A program made the translations under genes and the position numbers. The notes beneath the pieces were generated by a model that saw only the letters and a program-made list of their open reading frames with translations, ran no database searches and was not told the origin of the DNA. Of a stretch of 64,000 nucleotides of DNA, positions 1 through 12,586 are shown piece after piece; position 1 is the stretch's first letter, and each line of letters begins with the position of its first letter. Source of the DNA: Mobula hypostoma (lineage: Eukaryota); contig NC_086097.1 in NCBI RefSeq assembly GCF_963921235.1, positions 195,178,001-195,242,000 on the forward strand, written 5' to 3'.

Positions 1-1465
1 CGACTGCTGTGTTGGATGCGACCACCGTGAGGGCAGTAGGAACGTCCGTTCTGGGGTGCACTAGCATCGCAGCGTTTGCCAAGGCTTCTTTGGTTTTAAC
101 GAAAGCGGCTGCGGCCTCTTCGTTCCAGGTAATGTCCTTGCCCTTACCCGATATTAGAGTGAACAAGGGGCGCATGGTTCGGGCTGCTGAGGGGAGGAAA
201 CGGTGGTAGAAATTCACCATACCCACGAATTCCTGCAAGCCTTTGATTTTGTTGGGTCGGAGGAAGTGGCGGACCGCGTCTACCTTGGCGGGCAGCGGGG
301 TTGCCCCGTCTTTAGTAATCCTGTGGCCCAGGAAGTCGATGGTGTCGAGTCCGAACTGGCATTTGGCTGGATTGATTGTAAGGCCGAATTCGCTCAGGCG
401 GGAGTAGAGCTGGTGGAGGTGGGACAGATGCTCCTGCCGACTACTGCTGGCTATGAGGATGTCGTCCAAATAGATGAATGCAAAGTCCAGGTCGCGTGCC
501 ACCGCGTCCATTAGCCGCTGGAAAGTCTGTGCGGCACTCTTTAGACCAAACGGCATTCGGAGGAATTCGAAAAGTCCGAACGGGGTGATAAGTGCTGTTT
601 TGGGGATGTCGTCCGGATGTACAGGGATTTGATGGTATCCCCGGACGAGGTCTACCTTGGAAAAGATCCTTGCGCCGTGTAGGTTTGCTGCGAAGTCTTG
701 AATGTGCAGCACAGGGTAGCGGTCTGGCGTTGTAGCCTCGTTCAGTCTGCGGTAGTCACCGCATGGTCTCCAGCCCCCCGTTGCCTTGGGCACCATGTGA
801 AGGGGGGAGGCCCATGGGCTGTCGGACCGTCGTATGATCCCTAATTCCTCCATCTTCTTGAACAACTCCTTCGCCAGTCGGAGCTTGTCCGGGGGAAGCC
901 TTCGAGCATGGGCGTGGAGGGGTGGTCCCTGGGTCGGGATGTGGTGCTGTACTCCGTGTCTGGGCATGGCTGCCGTGAACTGCGGTGTCAGTACTGATGG
1001 GAAATCTGCCAGGACCCTGGTGAATTCATCGTCGGACAGCGTGATGGAGTCCAGGTGTGGGGCTGGCAACTGTGTTTCACCTAGGGAGAACGTTTGAAAA
1101 GTCTTGGCATGGACTAATCGCTTCCCTTGCAAGTCGACCAGCAAGCTGTGGGCTTGTAGAAAATCTGCCCCCAGCAGCGGTTGGGCCACGGCGGCCAGTG
1201 TGAAGTCCCACGTGAACCGGCTGGAGCTGAACTGTAGCCGCACCGTGTGGGCGCCGTAGGTTTGTATTGTGCTGCCATTAGCGGCCCTCAGGGTGGGTCC
1301 CGGTTCTCTGTTGCGGGTGTCGTAACTCGTTGGAGGTAAGACGTTGATCTCCGCTCCGGTGTCGACCAAAAAGCGGTGTCCCGACTGCTTGTCCCAGACG
1401 TACAGGAGGCTGTCCTGATGGCCAGCCGCCGTAGCCATCAGCGGCGGCTGGCCTTGGCGTTTCCC
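1..1465 (-). CDS. pol: Pol (protease-RT-start of RNase H) in -1 frame relative to gag, partial
   Basis: Slip site, DTGA, YLDD and RNase H start are in one frame; the RNase H motif reads TVVASN where TVDAS is expected, so the first catalytic Asp is probably lost. Confidence 0.85.
1415..1465 (-). promoter_or_regulatory. -1 ribosomal frameshift signal (G GGA AAC plus stem/pseudoknot)
   Basis: Heptamer 1459-1465 in gag frame, 5-nt spacer, perfect 12-bp stem (1442-1453/1420-1431), loop CUGAU complementary to downstream AUCAG. Confidence 0.85.
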
Positions 1466-2142
1466 GGGAATTTGCAGGGCGGTCTGCAGTGGCGGGCCTC
1501 CGTGCCCCACCGCTGGTGGTAGAAACACCATTGTTCGTTGGGCTCCTCACTCCCGTTGGCGGGTTTTGTAGGCTCTGCTGCCGGGCCTGGTCTGGTCTGT
1601 CGTTGGGCACGCGGCTCGGTGATCTGTGCGACGGATGCCCCTCTCTCTTTCCTGGCATTCCACAGCACATCTGCTCGGGCCGCCACCTCCCGGGGGTTGC
1701 TGAAATCTGCGTCGGACAGCAGCAGGCATATGTCCTCGGGCAGTTGCTCTAGGAAGGCCTGCTCAAACATGAGGCAGGGTTTGTGTCCTTCAGCCAGGGC
1801 CAGCATCTCGTTCATTAATGCTGACGGCGGCCTGTCTCCCAAACCATCCAGGTGCATTAAGCGGCGTGCTCGTTCGCGCCGTGAGAGTCCGAAAGTCCTT
1901 ATGAGCAGGGCTTTGAATGCTGTGTATTTGCTGTCCTCCGGGGGCGACTGTATAAACTCCTCAATTTGTGCAGCAGTCTCCTGGTCGAGGGAGCTCAGCA
2001 CGTAGTAGTAGCGAGTGGACTACGAGGTTATCTGCCGAATGTGGAATTGTGCTTCTGCTTGTTCGAACCATAAATGAGGTCGCAGCGTCCAGAAGCTTGG
2101 CAGTTTTAACGAAACTGCGTGAACAGATGCAGCGTTGGTCAT
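1438..2142 (-). pseudogene. gag: Gag with a single in-frame premature TAG at 2020-2022
   Basis: ORFs 2020..2202 and 1438..2001 are in the same frame: MTNAASVHAVSLKLPSFW...WFEQAEAQF...ITS*STRYYYVLSSL...[18 protein letters not shown]. Confidence 0.9.
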
Positions 2143-2166
2143 CTCTGGTCCAAATATCGTTTGGGC

Positions 2167-2180
2167 CGTCGGGGTCACCA
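2167..2180 (-). promoter_or_regulatory. Primer binding site, tRNA-Trp
   Basis: TGGTGACCCCGACG is complementary to the vertebrate tRNA-Trp 3' end (...CGUCGGGGUCACCA). Confidence 0.9.
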
Positions 2181-2182
2181 AT

Positions 2183-2469
2183 TGTAGCGATGTGCTACAC
2201 ACAGCGCTAGAATAACCACACGGAGTCGGTGAGTTAGAGTTGCGATGAAAGAGATTTATTCAAACTTCGTGGCCCGCTTTAAAGCCTTCCCGTTCCCGCC
2301 CTCCCTGGGCGGGACTACTGTGGGGAATGCATATTCCCGGACCCTTTCCGCGCGCAGGATTTTCCCCCTGCTGGTGAAGATGGCCTGGCGCCCTTTTTGC
2401 TGCCGGCCCTCTGCCTGCGCGTGCTGTTTCATGAGCCGGTTCGTGGGTGCCAGAAAGTGGGTCGCCACA
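2183..2469 (-). repeat. 5' LTR of CsRn1-like element (287 bp)
   Basis: TGTGGCGA...TCGCTACA termini (7/8 inverted repeat), AATAAA at 2255-2260 on minus strand, PBS 2 nt downstream. Confidence 0.9.
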
Positions 2470-3611
2470 CCGTCACTATTATTTATTTTTATAACTTGGG
2501 AACACGCTGCACACAGCACACTTTTGGATGTCTGATTCTGTGCACATGCTACAATATCTTGGCCAGCTGTGTTGACTTCAGTAAAAATACACACTTCAAG
2601 GTACTTGCTTCAAATTCTCCTCAGCCCTTGTGAACATCACTTCTGCTTTCCTGGTCATCTGTTTAATCCCCACAGTCATCTTATCAGCTGCCCTATCCCT
2701 TGCCACTGATCACCTTTCCAAAAAAATTTCCCTCTCCCCCAAACGTTGTTCCATAAGGAACCCTTTTTCTAACCCCTTTTCTTCACCAATAATCTTCCTA
2801 CATGCACCCTTTCCCACAACACCAATCTGCTGCTCCAAGATTCTCTTTGAGTTTACACATTCACAGAAGATATACAAGGTTCCAAAGAGCCATAACTGAT
2901 GCTCTGGAGCTTTTAACAGCCTGATATTAGAGCTATAGATCCTCACACTGACTACACCTCTTCACATTGTGAAAAGAAGAATATTTAACCTAATATTCTT
3001 GCCTACTGCTACCTCCTATCATTGGTGTTTGACAGCATACCTAGATGTCACTGGCTCATTGTAGCCTTCAAATACTGATCCTCCTACAACCAGTCTGCCA
3101 GTGTCCTAGTGTCATAGATGCTCCCGAGATAATACAGGGGATTAACCTCAGCAATAGTTGGCCATCACCTACTATAATACTGTCTAATTCATATAATTGC
3201 TTCCAATGTATTAAGGATCACAAATTATCTCCCCTTATGAGAGACACAGGCCTGGACTTCATCTTGTGCTAGTCATCCTCAAAATTGAGGTGAGAGTTTG
3301 GTGTCAAAGTCAAAAAACGCGTGTTTAGTGCTGGCAGGTCACTCCAGTCATGATAAGGAAATTGTTACACAGATTTCATATTCAGCCTCCACTATCTTAA
3401 ACAGACTTGGGCTAATCCGACTAGGGGAACACATGGGAGGTTCTGAAAGTAAGAACAAGATTGCTGGTTGGTATGTTGCCTCTCAGGTACCAAGGGGCGG
3501 GATATCTTGGGTTCAGGAGTCCTTGGCATTTTTAAGTGGGAGGGTTAACAGCCAGAAGTCATGGTCCATATAGATACCAATGGCATGGGTAGGACAAATG
3601 ACGAGGCTCTA

Positions 3612-5128
3612 CAGAATCAGAATCAGAATCAGGTTTATTATCATCGGCATGTGATGTGAAATTTGTTTACTTAGCAGCAGCAGTTCAATGCAATACATAA
3701 TATAGAAGAAAAAAATAATAACAACAAAAAATAAATAAGTAAATCAATTACAGTATACGTATACTGAATACATTAAAAATGGTACAAAAACAGAAATACT
3801 GTATATTAAAAAAGTGAGGTAGTGTCCATTTCGGAATCAGATGGCAGAGGGGAAGAAGCTGTTCCGGAATTGCTGAGTGTGTGCCTTCAGGCTTCTGTAC
3901 CTTCTTCCTGATGGTAACAGTGAGAAAAGGGCATGCCCTGGGTGCTGTAGGTCCTTAATAATGGATACTGCCTTTCTGAGACACTGCTCCTTGAAGATGT
4001 CCTGGGTACTTTGTAGGCTAGTACCCAAGAAGGGGCCAAACTAAATTTACAACGCTCTGCAGCTTCTTTTGGTCCTGTATAGTAGCCCCCTCCCCCCCAT
4101 ACCAGACAGTAATGCAGCCTGTCAGAATGCTTTCCACTGTACATCTAGAGTAGCTTTTGAGTGCATTTGTTGACAATACAAATCTCTTCAAACTCCTAAT
4201 GAAGCATAGCCGCCGTCTTGCCTTCTATCTGCGTCGATATGTTGGGACCAGGTTAAATCTTCAGATATCTTAACACCCAGGAACTTGAAACTGCTCACTC
4301 TCTCCACTTATAACCATCTAACCAAATAACAATTACAGCACGGAAACAGGCCAACTCGGCCCTTCTAGTCCGTGCCGAACTCTCACTCTCACCTAGTCCC
4401 ACCGACCTGCACTCAGCCCATAAACCTCCATTCCTTTCCTGTCCATATAGCTGTCCAATTTAACTTTAAATGGCAACATCAAACTTGCCTCAACCACTTC
4501 TGCTGGAAGCTCGTTCCACACAGCTACCACTCTCTGAGTAAAGAAGTTCCCCCTCAAGTTACCCCTAAACTTTTTTCCCTTTAACTCTCAGCTCCCACTC
4601 TCAATGGAAAAAGCCTATCCATGTCAACTCTATCTATCCCCCTCATAATTTTAAATGCCTCTATCAAGTCCCCCCTCAACCTTGTACATTCCAAAGAACC
4701 TTCTGATCCCTTTATGAGGATTGTATGTGTTTCTTCGTCTTGCCCTTCTGGAAGTCCACAATCAGTTCTTTTTTCTTACTGACGTTGAGTGCCAGGTTGT
4801 TGCTGTGGCACCACTCCACTAGTTGGCATATCTCACTCCTGTACCACCTGAGATTCTAGCAACAATGGTTGTATCATCAGCAAATTTATAGATGGTATTT
4901 GAGCTATGCCTAGCCACACAGTCATGCATGCATAGAGAGTAGAGCAGTGGGCTAAGCACATACCCCTGAGGTGTACCAATGTTGATCGGCAGCGAGGAGG
5001 AGATGTTATCACCAATCCGCACAGATTGTGGTCTTCCGGTTTGGAAGTTGAGGATCCAATTGTAGAGGGAGGTACAGAGGCCCAGGTTCTGCAAATTCTC
5101 AATTAGGATTGTGGGAATGATAGTATTA
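3612..5128 (-). mobile_element. Rex1/Babar-type LINE, 5'-truncated, containing a CR1 3' fragment (~4312-4697)
   Basis: [47 protein letters not shown]; (GATTCT)n tail at 3613-3631. Confidence 0.85.
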
Positions 5129-5957
5129 ATTGAGTAAATGATGGTACAAAGGGAGTTCAGGGAGTTAAGTGATAAGTTAAGGGGCAGGACCTCCAGGGTT
5201 ATGATCTCAGGATTGCTATCAATGCCACGTGCAAGTGAGGTCAGAGCTAGGAAGATTATACAATTTAATACATAGCTGAAGAGTTGGTGTAAGAAGGAGG
5301 ACGTAAGATTTTAAGATCATTGGGCTCTTTTCCAGGGAAGGCGGGGCCTGTACAGAAGGGACGTCTTGTACCTGAATTGCAGGGAGACTAATATCCCAGT
5401 GGGAAAGTTTGTCAATGCTGCATGGTGGGGTTTAAACTGGAGCTGCAGGTGATGGGAACCACAATGCCAGAACAGTTAGTGGAAAGATTATAAAGGCAGA
5501 TGTTGCTAAGACCTCAGACAAAGTTAGGAATCAAAAGGTTGAGCATGGTGCAACTAGTGTCTTGACCTGCATACCTTTCAATGCAAATAGTGTCGTAGGA
5601 AAGGCGGATAATAGTGCTGAAGATGAGGTCACTGGTTTACAAATAGAGACAATGTGAGTGAGGAGAGGCTGTTGATAGGGCAAAATTGCAGTCAACAGGA
5701 TGAGTTGGAATGTAAAAGGCAGACAAATCCAAAAAGGGTGAACACAGGACTGTATTATATTGGAATACAATCAGCACAATTGCAGATTGGCAGATATGAT
5801 GTTGTAGGCCTCACCTAATCACAGCTGAAAGAAGATTATAACTAGAAGCTTAATGTTTAAGGATACACATTGCATTGAAAGGACAGGCAGGAAAGTAGAG
5901 GGGACAGTGTTGCTCTGTTGGTAAAAATGAAATCAAATCATTAGAACGAGGTGACAT

Positions 5958-7340
5958 AGAATCAGAATCAGAATCAGGTTTATTATCAACAGCATGTACA
6001 TGATAATATATCATAATAAAGAAAGAAAAAATAAGTAAATCAATTACACTAATTATATATACAGTATATGTATATTGAATAGATTAAAATAGAGCAAAAA
6101 CAGAAGTGATGTATATTTTTTTAATGAGGTAGTGTTCATGGGTTCAATGTCCATTTAGGAAGAAGCTGTTCCTGAATCATTGAGTGTGTGCCTTTAGGCT
6201 TCTGTACCTCCTTCCTGACGGTAACAATGAGAAGAGGGCATGCCTGAATAATGGGGGTCCTTAATAATGAAAGTCACCTTTCTGAGGCACCGCTCCTTGA
6301 AGATGTATTGAATACTACAGAGGTTAGGACCCAAGATGAAGCTGATTAATTTAACAACTTTCTGTAGTTTCTATCAGTCCTCTGCAGTAGCTCCCTCACC
6401 CCCCCATACCAGACAGTGATACAGCCTGACAGAATGCTCTCCACGGCACATTTATAGAAGCTTTCAAGTATTCTAGTTGACAAAACAAATCTCTTCAAAC
6501 ACCTAATGAAATATGGGTGCTGTCTTGCCTTCTTTATTGCTGCATCAATAGGTTAGAACCGGCTTAGATCCTCAGAGACCTTGACACAGAGGAACTTGAA
6601 ATTGCTCACTCTCTCCAATTCTGATCCCTCTATGAGCAATAGTTCATGCTTCCTTGTCTTACCCTTCTTGAAGTCCACAATTAGCTCTTTTCGTCTTACT
6701 GATATTGAGTGCAAGATTGTTGCTGCGCCACCATTTAACAAGCTGGTATATCTCTCTCCTGTACACCCTCTCATCTCCATCTGAGATTCCACAAACGATG
6801 GTTGTATCATCAGCAAATTTATTGATGGCATTTGAGCTAAGCCTAGTCACACAGTCATGGATATAGAGAGAGTAGAACAGTGGGCTAAGCACATATCCCT
6901 GAGGTGTGCCAATGTGTATTGTCAGTGAGGAGGAGATATTGTCACCAATGCACACAGATTGCGGTCTTCCGGTTAGGCAGTTGAGGATCGAATTGCAGAG
7001 GGAAGTAGAGAGGCCCATGTTCTGTAGCTTGTTGATCAGGGTTGTGGAATGATGGTGTTAAATGCTGAGCTATAATCAACAAACAGTATGCTGACATAGA
7101 TGTTTGTATTGTCCAGGGATCTAAGGCCATGTGAAAAGCTATTGAGATTGCATCTGCTGTAGACCTACTGTGGCATAAGAAAATTGCAGTGGGCCCAGGT
7201 CCTTGCTAAGGCAGGAGTTGATTCTGGCCATGACCAATCTCTCAAAGCATTTCATCACTGTAGATGTGAATGCTACTGGATGATAGTCATTAAGGCAGCT
7301 CACACTACTCTTCTTAGGCACTGGTACAATTGTTGCCTTT
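5958..7340 (-). mobile_element. Rex1/Babar-type LINE fragment
   Basis: [39 protein letters not shown]; (GATTCT)n tail. Confidence 0.85.
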
Positions 7341-8857
7341 TTCTCAAAGGGTCGGAAGGTATTGAATCATTCTAGAATGATTCAGTTAGACTGGAAAATT
7401 GCAAATGTCACTCCACTCTTCAAGAAGGAAGAGAAGCAAAAGAAAGGAAATTATAGGCCCATCAGTCTGACCTCTGTGTTGGGAAGATGTTGGAGTCGAT
7501 CATTAAGGATTAGGTCTCAGGGCACTTGGAGCCATAGGATAAAATAGGCTATTGTCAGCATAGTTTCTTCAAGAGAAAATCTTGCCACACAAATTTGTTT
7601 GAATTTTTTGAAGAAATAACAAGCAGGATAGTCAAAGAAGAATTAGTCGATGTTGTGTACTTTGATTTTCAGAAGGCCTTTGATAAGGTGCCACGCATGA
7701 GGCTGCTTAACAAGCCACGAGCCCATGGTATTACAGAAAAGATTCTAGCCTGGATAAAGCAGTGGTTGATGTGCAAGAGGTAAAAAGTAGGAATAAAGGG
7801 AGCCTTTTCTGGTTGTCTGCTGGTGACTAGTGGTGTTCCACAGGGTTTTGTTTTGGAACTGCTTCTTTTTACGTTATATGTCAATGATTAAGATGATGTA
7901 ATTGATGGCTTTATTGCAAAGTTTGCAGATCAAATGACAATATATGGAGGGACAGGTAGATTTAAGGATATAGAGAGGCTACAGAAGGACTTGCACTGAT
8001 TAGAAGAATGGGCAAAGTAATGGCAGGTGGAATACAATGTTGGTAAGTGTATGGTCATGCACTCTGGTAGAAGAAATGAAAGGGCTGACTAAATCTAAAA
8101 GGAGAGAAAATACAAAAAAAAACTGGGGTGGGCAAGGACCTGGGGGGTCCTTGTGCAGGATTCCTGAAAGGTTAACTTGCAGGTTGAGTCTGTGATGAGG
8201 AAGGCAAATGTGATGTTAACACTTATTTCAATTGGACTAGGATATAAAAGCAAGGATGTAATGTTGAGACTTTATAAAGCACTCGTGAGGCCTCACTTGG
8301 AGCATTATGAGAAGGTGTGGGTCACTTATCTCGGAGAGGGTGTGCTGAAACTGGAGGGCGTTCAAAGGATGTTCAAAAAATGGTTCCAGGATTAAATGGC
8401 CTGTCATATGAACATGGCTTGATGGCTTGCACTCACTAAAATTCAGAAAAATGAGGGGTGACCTAATTGAAACCTATCAAATGGTGAAAGGACTTGAAAG
8501 AGTGGACATGGAGAGGATGTTTCCTACCGTGGGAGAATCTAAGACAAGAGGACACTGCCTCAGAGTAGAGGAGTGTCTTTTTAGAGTGAAAATGAGGAGG
8601 AATTTCTTCACCTGGAGAGTAGTGAATCTGTGGAATTCGTTGCCACAGGCATTGTAGAAGCCAAATCTTTATGTACAGTATATTTAAGGCAGAAATTGAT
8701 AGATTCTTGATTGGTTAGGGCACGAAATGAAATTGGGGTAAGGCAGGAGATTGGAGCTGAGAGGAAAATTGTATCTGCCATGATGAAATCATGGAGCCTA
8801 ATTCTGCTCCTATAGCTTATGATCTTATGGTCTTATTTCACTGTATGGTTTGAAATA

Positions 8858-10548
8858 CATAGAAATATAGAAACATAGAAAACATCCAGCACAATACAGG
8901 CCCTTTGGCCCACAAAGCTGTGACAAACATGTCCCTACCTTAGAACCACCTAGGCTTTACCCATAGCCCTCTATTTTTCTAAGCTCCATGTAGCCATCCA
9001 GGAATCTCTTAAAAGATACTATCGTTTCCGCCTCCACCACCACCGTCGGCAGCCCATTCCACACCCTTATCACTCTCAGAGTAAAAAACTTAACCCTGAC
9101 ATCTCCTCTGTACCTACTTCCAAGCACCTTAAAACTGTGCCCTTTGTGTCTAGCCATTTCAGCCCTGGGGAAAAGCCTCTGACTATCCTCAGGATCAATG
9201 CCTCTCATTATCTTGCGCACCTCTATCAGGTCACCTCTCATCTTCCATCACTCCAAGGAGAAAAGGCCGAGCTCACTCAACCTATTCTCATAAGGCATGC
9301 TCCTCAATCCAGGCAACGTTCTTGTAAATCTCCTCTGCACTCTTCCTATGGTTTCCATGTCCTTCCTGTAGTGAAGCTACCAGAATTGACCACAGTACTC
9401 CAAGTGGGGTCTGACCAGGGTCCTATATAGCTGTAACATTACCTCTCGGCTCTTAAACTCAATCCCATGGTTGATGAAGGCTAATACACCATATGCCTTC
9501 TTAACCACAGAGTCAACCTGCGCAGCTGCTTTGAGTGTCCTATGGACTCGGACCCCAAAATCCCTCTGATCCTCCACACTGCCAAGAGTCTTACCACTAA
9601 TGCTATATTCTGCCATCATATTTGACCTACCAAAATGAACCACTTATCTGGGTTGAACTCCATCTGCCACTTCTCAGCCCAGTTTTGCATCCTATCGATG
9701 TTCCCTTGTAACTTCTGACAGCCCTCCAAACTATCCACAACACCACCAACTTCTGTGTTATAAGCAAATTTACTAGCCCATCCCTCCACTTCCTCATCCA
9801 GGTCATTTATAAAAATCAAAAAGAGTAGGGGGTCCCAGAACAGATCCCTGAGGCACACCACTGTTCACCGGCCTCCAAGCAGAATATGACCTATCTACAA
9901 CCAGTCTTTGCCTTCTGTGGGCAAGCCAATTCTGGGTCCACAAAGCAATATCCCCTTGGATCCTATGCCTCCTTACTTTCTCAATAAGCCCTGCAAGGGG
10001 TATTTTATCAAATGCCTTGCTAAAATCCATATACTCTACATCTATGGCTCTACCTTCATCAACGTGGTTAGTCACATCCTCAAAAAATTCAATCAGGCTC
10101 ATAAGGCATGACCTGCCTTTGACAAAGCCATGCTGACTATTCCTGATCATATTATGCCTCTCCAAATGTTCATAAATCCTGCCTCTCAGGATCTTCTCCA
10201 TCAACTTACCAACAACTGAAGTAAGACTCACTGGTCTATAATTTCCTGGGCTATCCCTACTCCCTTTCTTGAATAAGGGAACAACATCTGCAACCCTCCA
10301 ATCTTCCGGAACCTCTCCCGTTCTCATCGATGATGCAAATATCATTGCCAGAGGTTCAGCAATCTCCTCCCTTGCTTCCCACAGTAGCCTAGGTTACATC
10401 CCATCCAGTCCCGGTGACTTATCCAGCTTGATGCTTTCCAAAAGATCCAGCACATCCTCTTTCTTAATATCTACATTCTCAAGCTTTTCAGTCCATTGCA
10501 AATCATCCCTACAATCGCCAAGATCCTTTTCTGTAGTGAATACTGAAG
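8858..10548 (-). mobile_element. CR1 LINE, 5'-truncated
   Basis: ORF 9803..10345 (PEDWRVADVVPLFKKG..NYRPVSLT..DFSKAFD), LYRTLVRPHLEYC; (TTCTATGT)n tail. Confidence 0.9.
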
Positions 10549-11035
10549 TTTATTTATACAAGTGATAAATAAACCTGAATCTGAAGCTAATCTGAATGAG
10601 AATCTAGCTTTGTAGTTATAATTACTTAAACTAGTTTATTTATTTTAATTATAGCATACTAAATGGATTTAAATCCCGAGGTTGCCACGCTAGGATTTCA
10701 GAACTCCGATCCATTAGCCTTGGGCTCTCATCCACTTTGTCACCAGCATATCCATCGCATCTGCTAAATATAATTTAAAGTGAAGACATTGAAATAATGT
10801 GATAAATTTACACTCATTTTGTATATAACATGGTCTCACGAGTATCAGTCAAATAGTGAACAAATAATTGATTTTAGTAACGTCATCTTAGGTGTGAGCA
10901 TTATAGAGTATTGTAGGCATTAAGCTATCATGCTGTTCTGATAATTTTGCTACACGACCTTAGAGGTTTCAGTTTGATGCTTCACCCAAAATGTGGGATT
11001 TTTACGAATATTTGACTGAAATATCAAGTTAGATT

Positions 11036-11742
11036 TTAGAACATAGAACATAGAATTGTACAGCACATTACAGTACAGTACAGGCCCTTCGGCCCACAAA
11101 GTTGTGCCGACCCTCAAACCCTGCATCCCATATAACCCCCCACCTTAAATTCGTCCATGTACCTGTCTAGTAGTCTCTTAAACTTCACTAGTGTACCTGC
11201 CTCCACCACTGACTCAGGCAGTGCATTCCATGCACAACCACTCTTTGAGTAAAAAACCTTCCTCTAATATCCCCCTTGAACTTCCCACCCTTTACCTTAA
11301 AGCCATGTCCTCTTGTATTGAGCAGTGGTGACCTGGGGAAGAGGCGCTGGCTATCCAGTCTATCTATTCCTCTTATTATCTTGTACACCTCTATCATGTC
11401 TCCTCTCATCCTCCTTTTCTCCAAAGAGTAAAGTCCTAGCTCCCTTAATCTCTGATCATAATGCATACTCTGTAAACCAGGCAGCATCCTAGTAAATCTC
11501 CTTTGTACCCTTTCCAATGCTTCCACATCCTTCCTATAGTGAGGCGACCAGAAATGGACACAGTACTCCAAGTATGGCCTAACCAGAGTTTTATAGAGCT
11601 GCATCATTACATCACGACTCTTAAACTCTATCCCTCGACTTATGAAAGCTAACACCCCATAAGCTTTCTTAACTACCCTATCAACTTTCAGGGATCTGTG
11701 GACATGTACCCCCAGATCCCCTTGCTCCTCCACACTACTACC
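11036..11742 (-). mobile_element. CR1 LINE 3' fragment
   Basis: ORF 11188..11733 LYKTLVRPYLEYCVHFWSP...RGDMIEVYK; (TTCTATG)n tail. Confidence 0.9.
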
Positions 11743-11837
11743 AATGAGAGGGATTTTGTCCTCTTTTTCTCAATGGGCCTAAAACAACCTCCTAAATTAT
11801 CCCACTTTCAAATCTCTTACTAACACTTCCTTCAGTT

Positions 11838-11873
11838 AGTCCTGACGAAGGGTCTCGGCCTGAAACGTCGACT
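11838..11873 (+). ncRNA. Minimal type I hammerhead ribozyme (Penelope-type)
   Basis: AGUC-CUGACGA-AGGGUCUCGGCCU-GAAACGUC/GACU; palindromic ACGU stem III; predicted cleavage after 11869. Confidence 0.85.
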
Positions 11874-12237
11874 GTACCTCTTCCTAGAGATGCTGCCTGG
11901 CCTGCTGCATTCACCAGCAACTTTTATGTGTGTTGCTTGAATTTCCAGCATCTGCAGAATTCCTGTTGTTTGTGTTTTTAAATTCACTACTGCAAAGCCT
12001 CTTCCGGTGATGCCTACACCGAAGAAGTTTAGATCCTCCCTTTGACGGGAGTTCAGTGAAACCATCTCTCACTGCTCCCCACCTGTAATTTCTTTGGCTC
12101 TTCAACTTTTCGACCACATTTTGACTCAGACTTGCCAGCTCTTTGCTCCATCCCTCCCCCTCCTGTCTTCTCCTATCATTTTGGATCTCCCCCTCCCCCT
12201 CCCACTTTCAAATCTCTTACTAACTCTTCCTTCAGTT

Positions 12238-12273
12238 GGTCCTGACGAAGGGTCTTGGCCTGAAATGTCGACT
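12238..12273 (+). ncRNA. Minimal type I hammerhead ribozyme, second copy
   Basis: GGUC-CUGACGA-AGGGUCUUGGCCU-GAAAUGUC/GACU; core intact, stem III ACGU changed to AUGU. Confidence 0.75.
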
Positions 12274-12339
12274 GTACCTCCTCCTAGAGATGCTGCCTGA
12301 CCTGCTGCATTCACCAGCAACTTTGATGTGTGTTGCTCC

Positions 12340-12586
12340 TATATTGAATGGAGATTTGATAGAGGCATACAAAATTATGATGGGAATAGATAAGGTAAAT
12401 GCAGGTAGGCTTTCTCCACTGAGTTTGGGTGAGACTACAACCAGAGAACATGGGTTAAGGGTAGTAGGTAAGATGTTTAAGGGGAAAATGAGGAGAATCT
12501 TCTTCACTCAGAGGGTCATGAGAGTGTGGAATGAGCTGCCAGCACAAGTGGTGCATGTAAGCAGAATTTCAATGTTTAAGAGACAA
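12340..12586 (+). mobile_element. CR1 LINE 3' fragment
   Basis: GDLIEAYKIMMGIDKV...FFTQRVMRVWNELP. Confidence 0.8.

Larger units (their letters stand above)
1..2469 (-). mobile_element. Ty3/Gypsy LTR retrotransposon, CsRn1-like clade (5' part; runs off window start)
   Basis: LTR 2183-2469, tRNA-Trp PBS, Gag with CHCC motif (CFYH-x9-C-x3-C), protease [20 protein letters not shown]...DYRRLN and YLDD (~461-472), start of RNase H at window edge. Confidence 0.95.
3440..8835 (+). mobile_element. Old CR1 LINE (ORF1 esterase end, endonuclease, RT, 3' tail) split by two Rex1/Babar insertions
   Basis: Degenerate esterase motifs ~3560-5440; WKIANVTPLFKK..NYRPISLT (7390-7480), DFQKAFDKVP, LYKALVRPHLE; tail (CTTATGGT)-like ~8815-8835; boundaries approximate. 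Confidence 0.75.
11800..12337 (+). mobile_element. Internally deleted Penelope-like element: pLTR - ORF 5' stub - pLTR
   Basis: Two direct copies (~11800-11937 and ~12200-12337) of the terminal sequence also found at 20351-20520, each carrying a hammerhead core. Confidence 0.8.

Noticed and set aside
9..2005. Plus-strand ORFs over the Gypsy element
   Set aside because: Antisense shadows of GC-rich gag-pol
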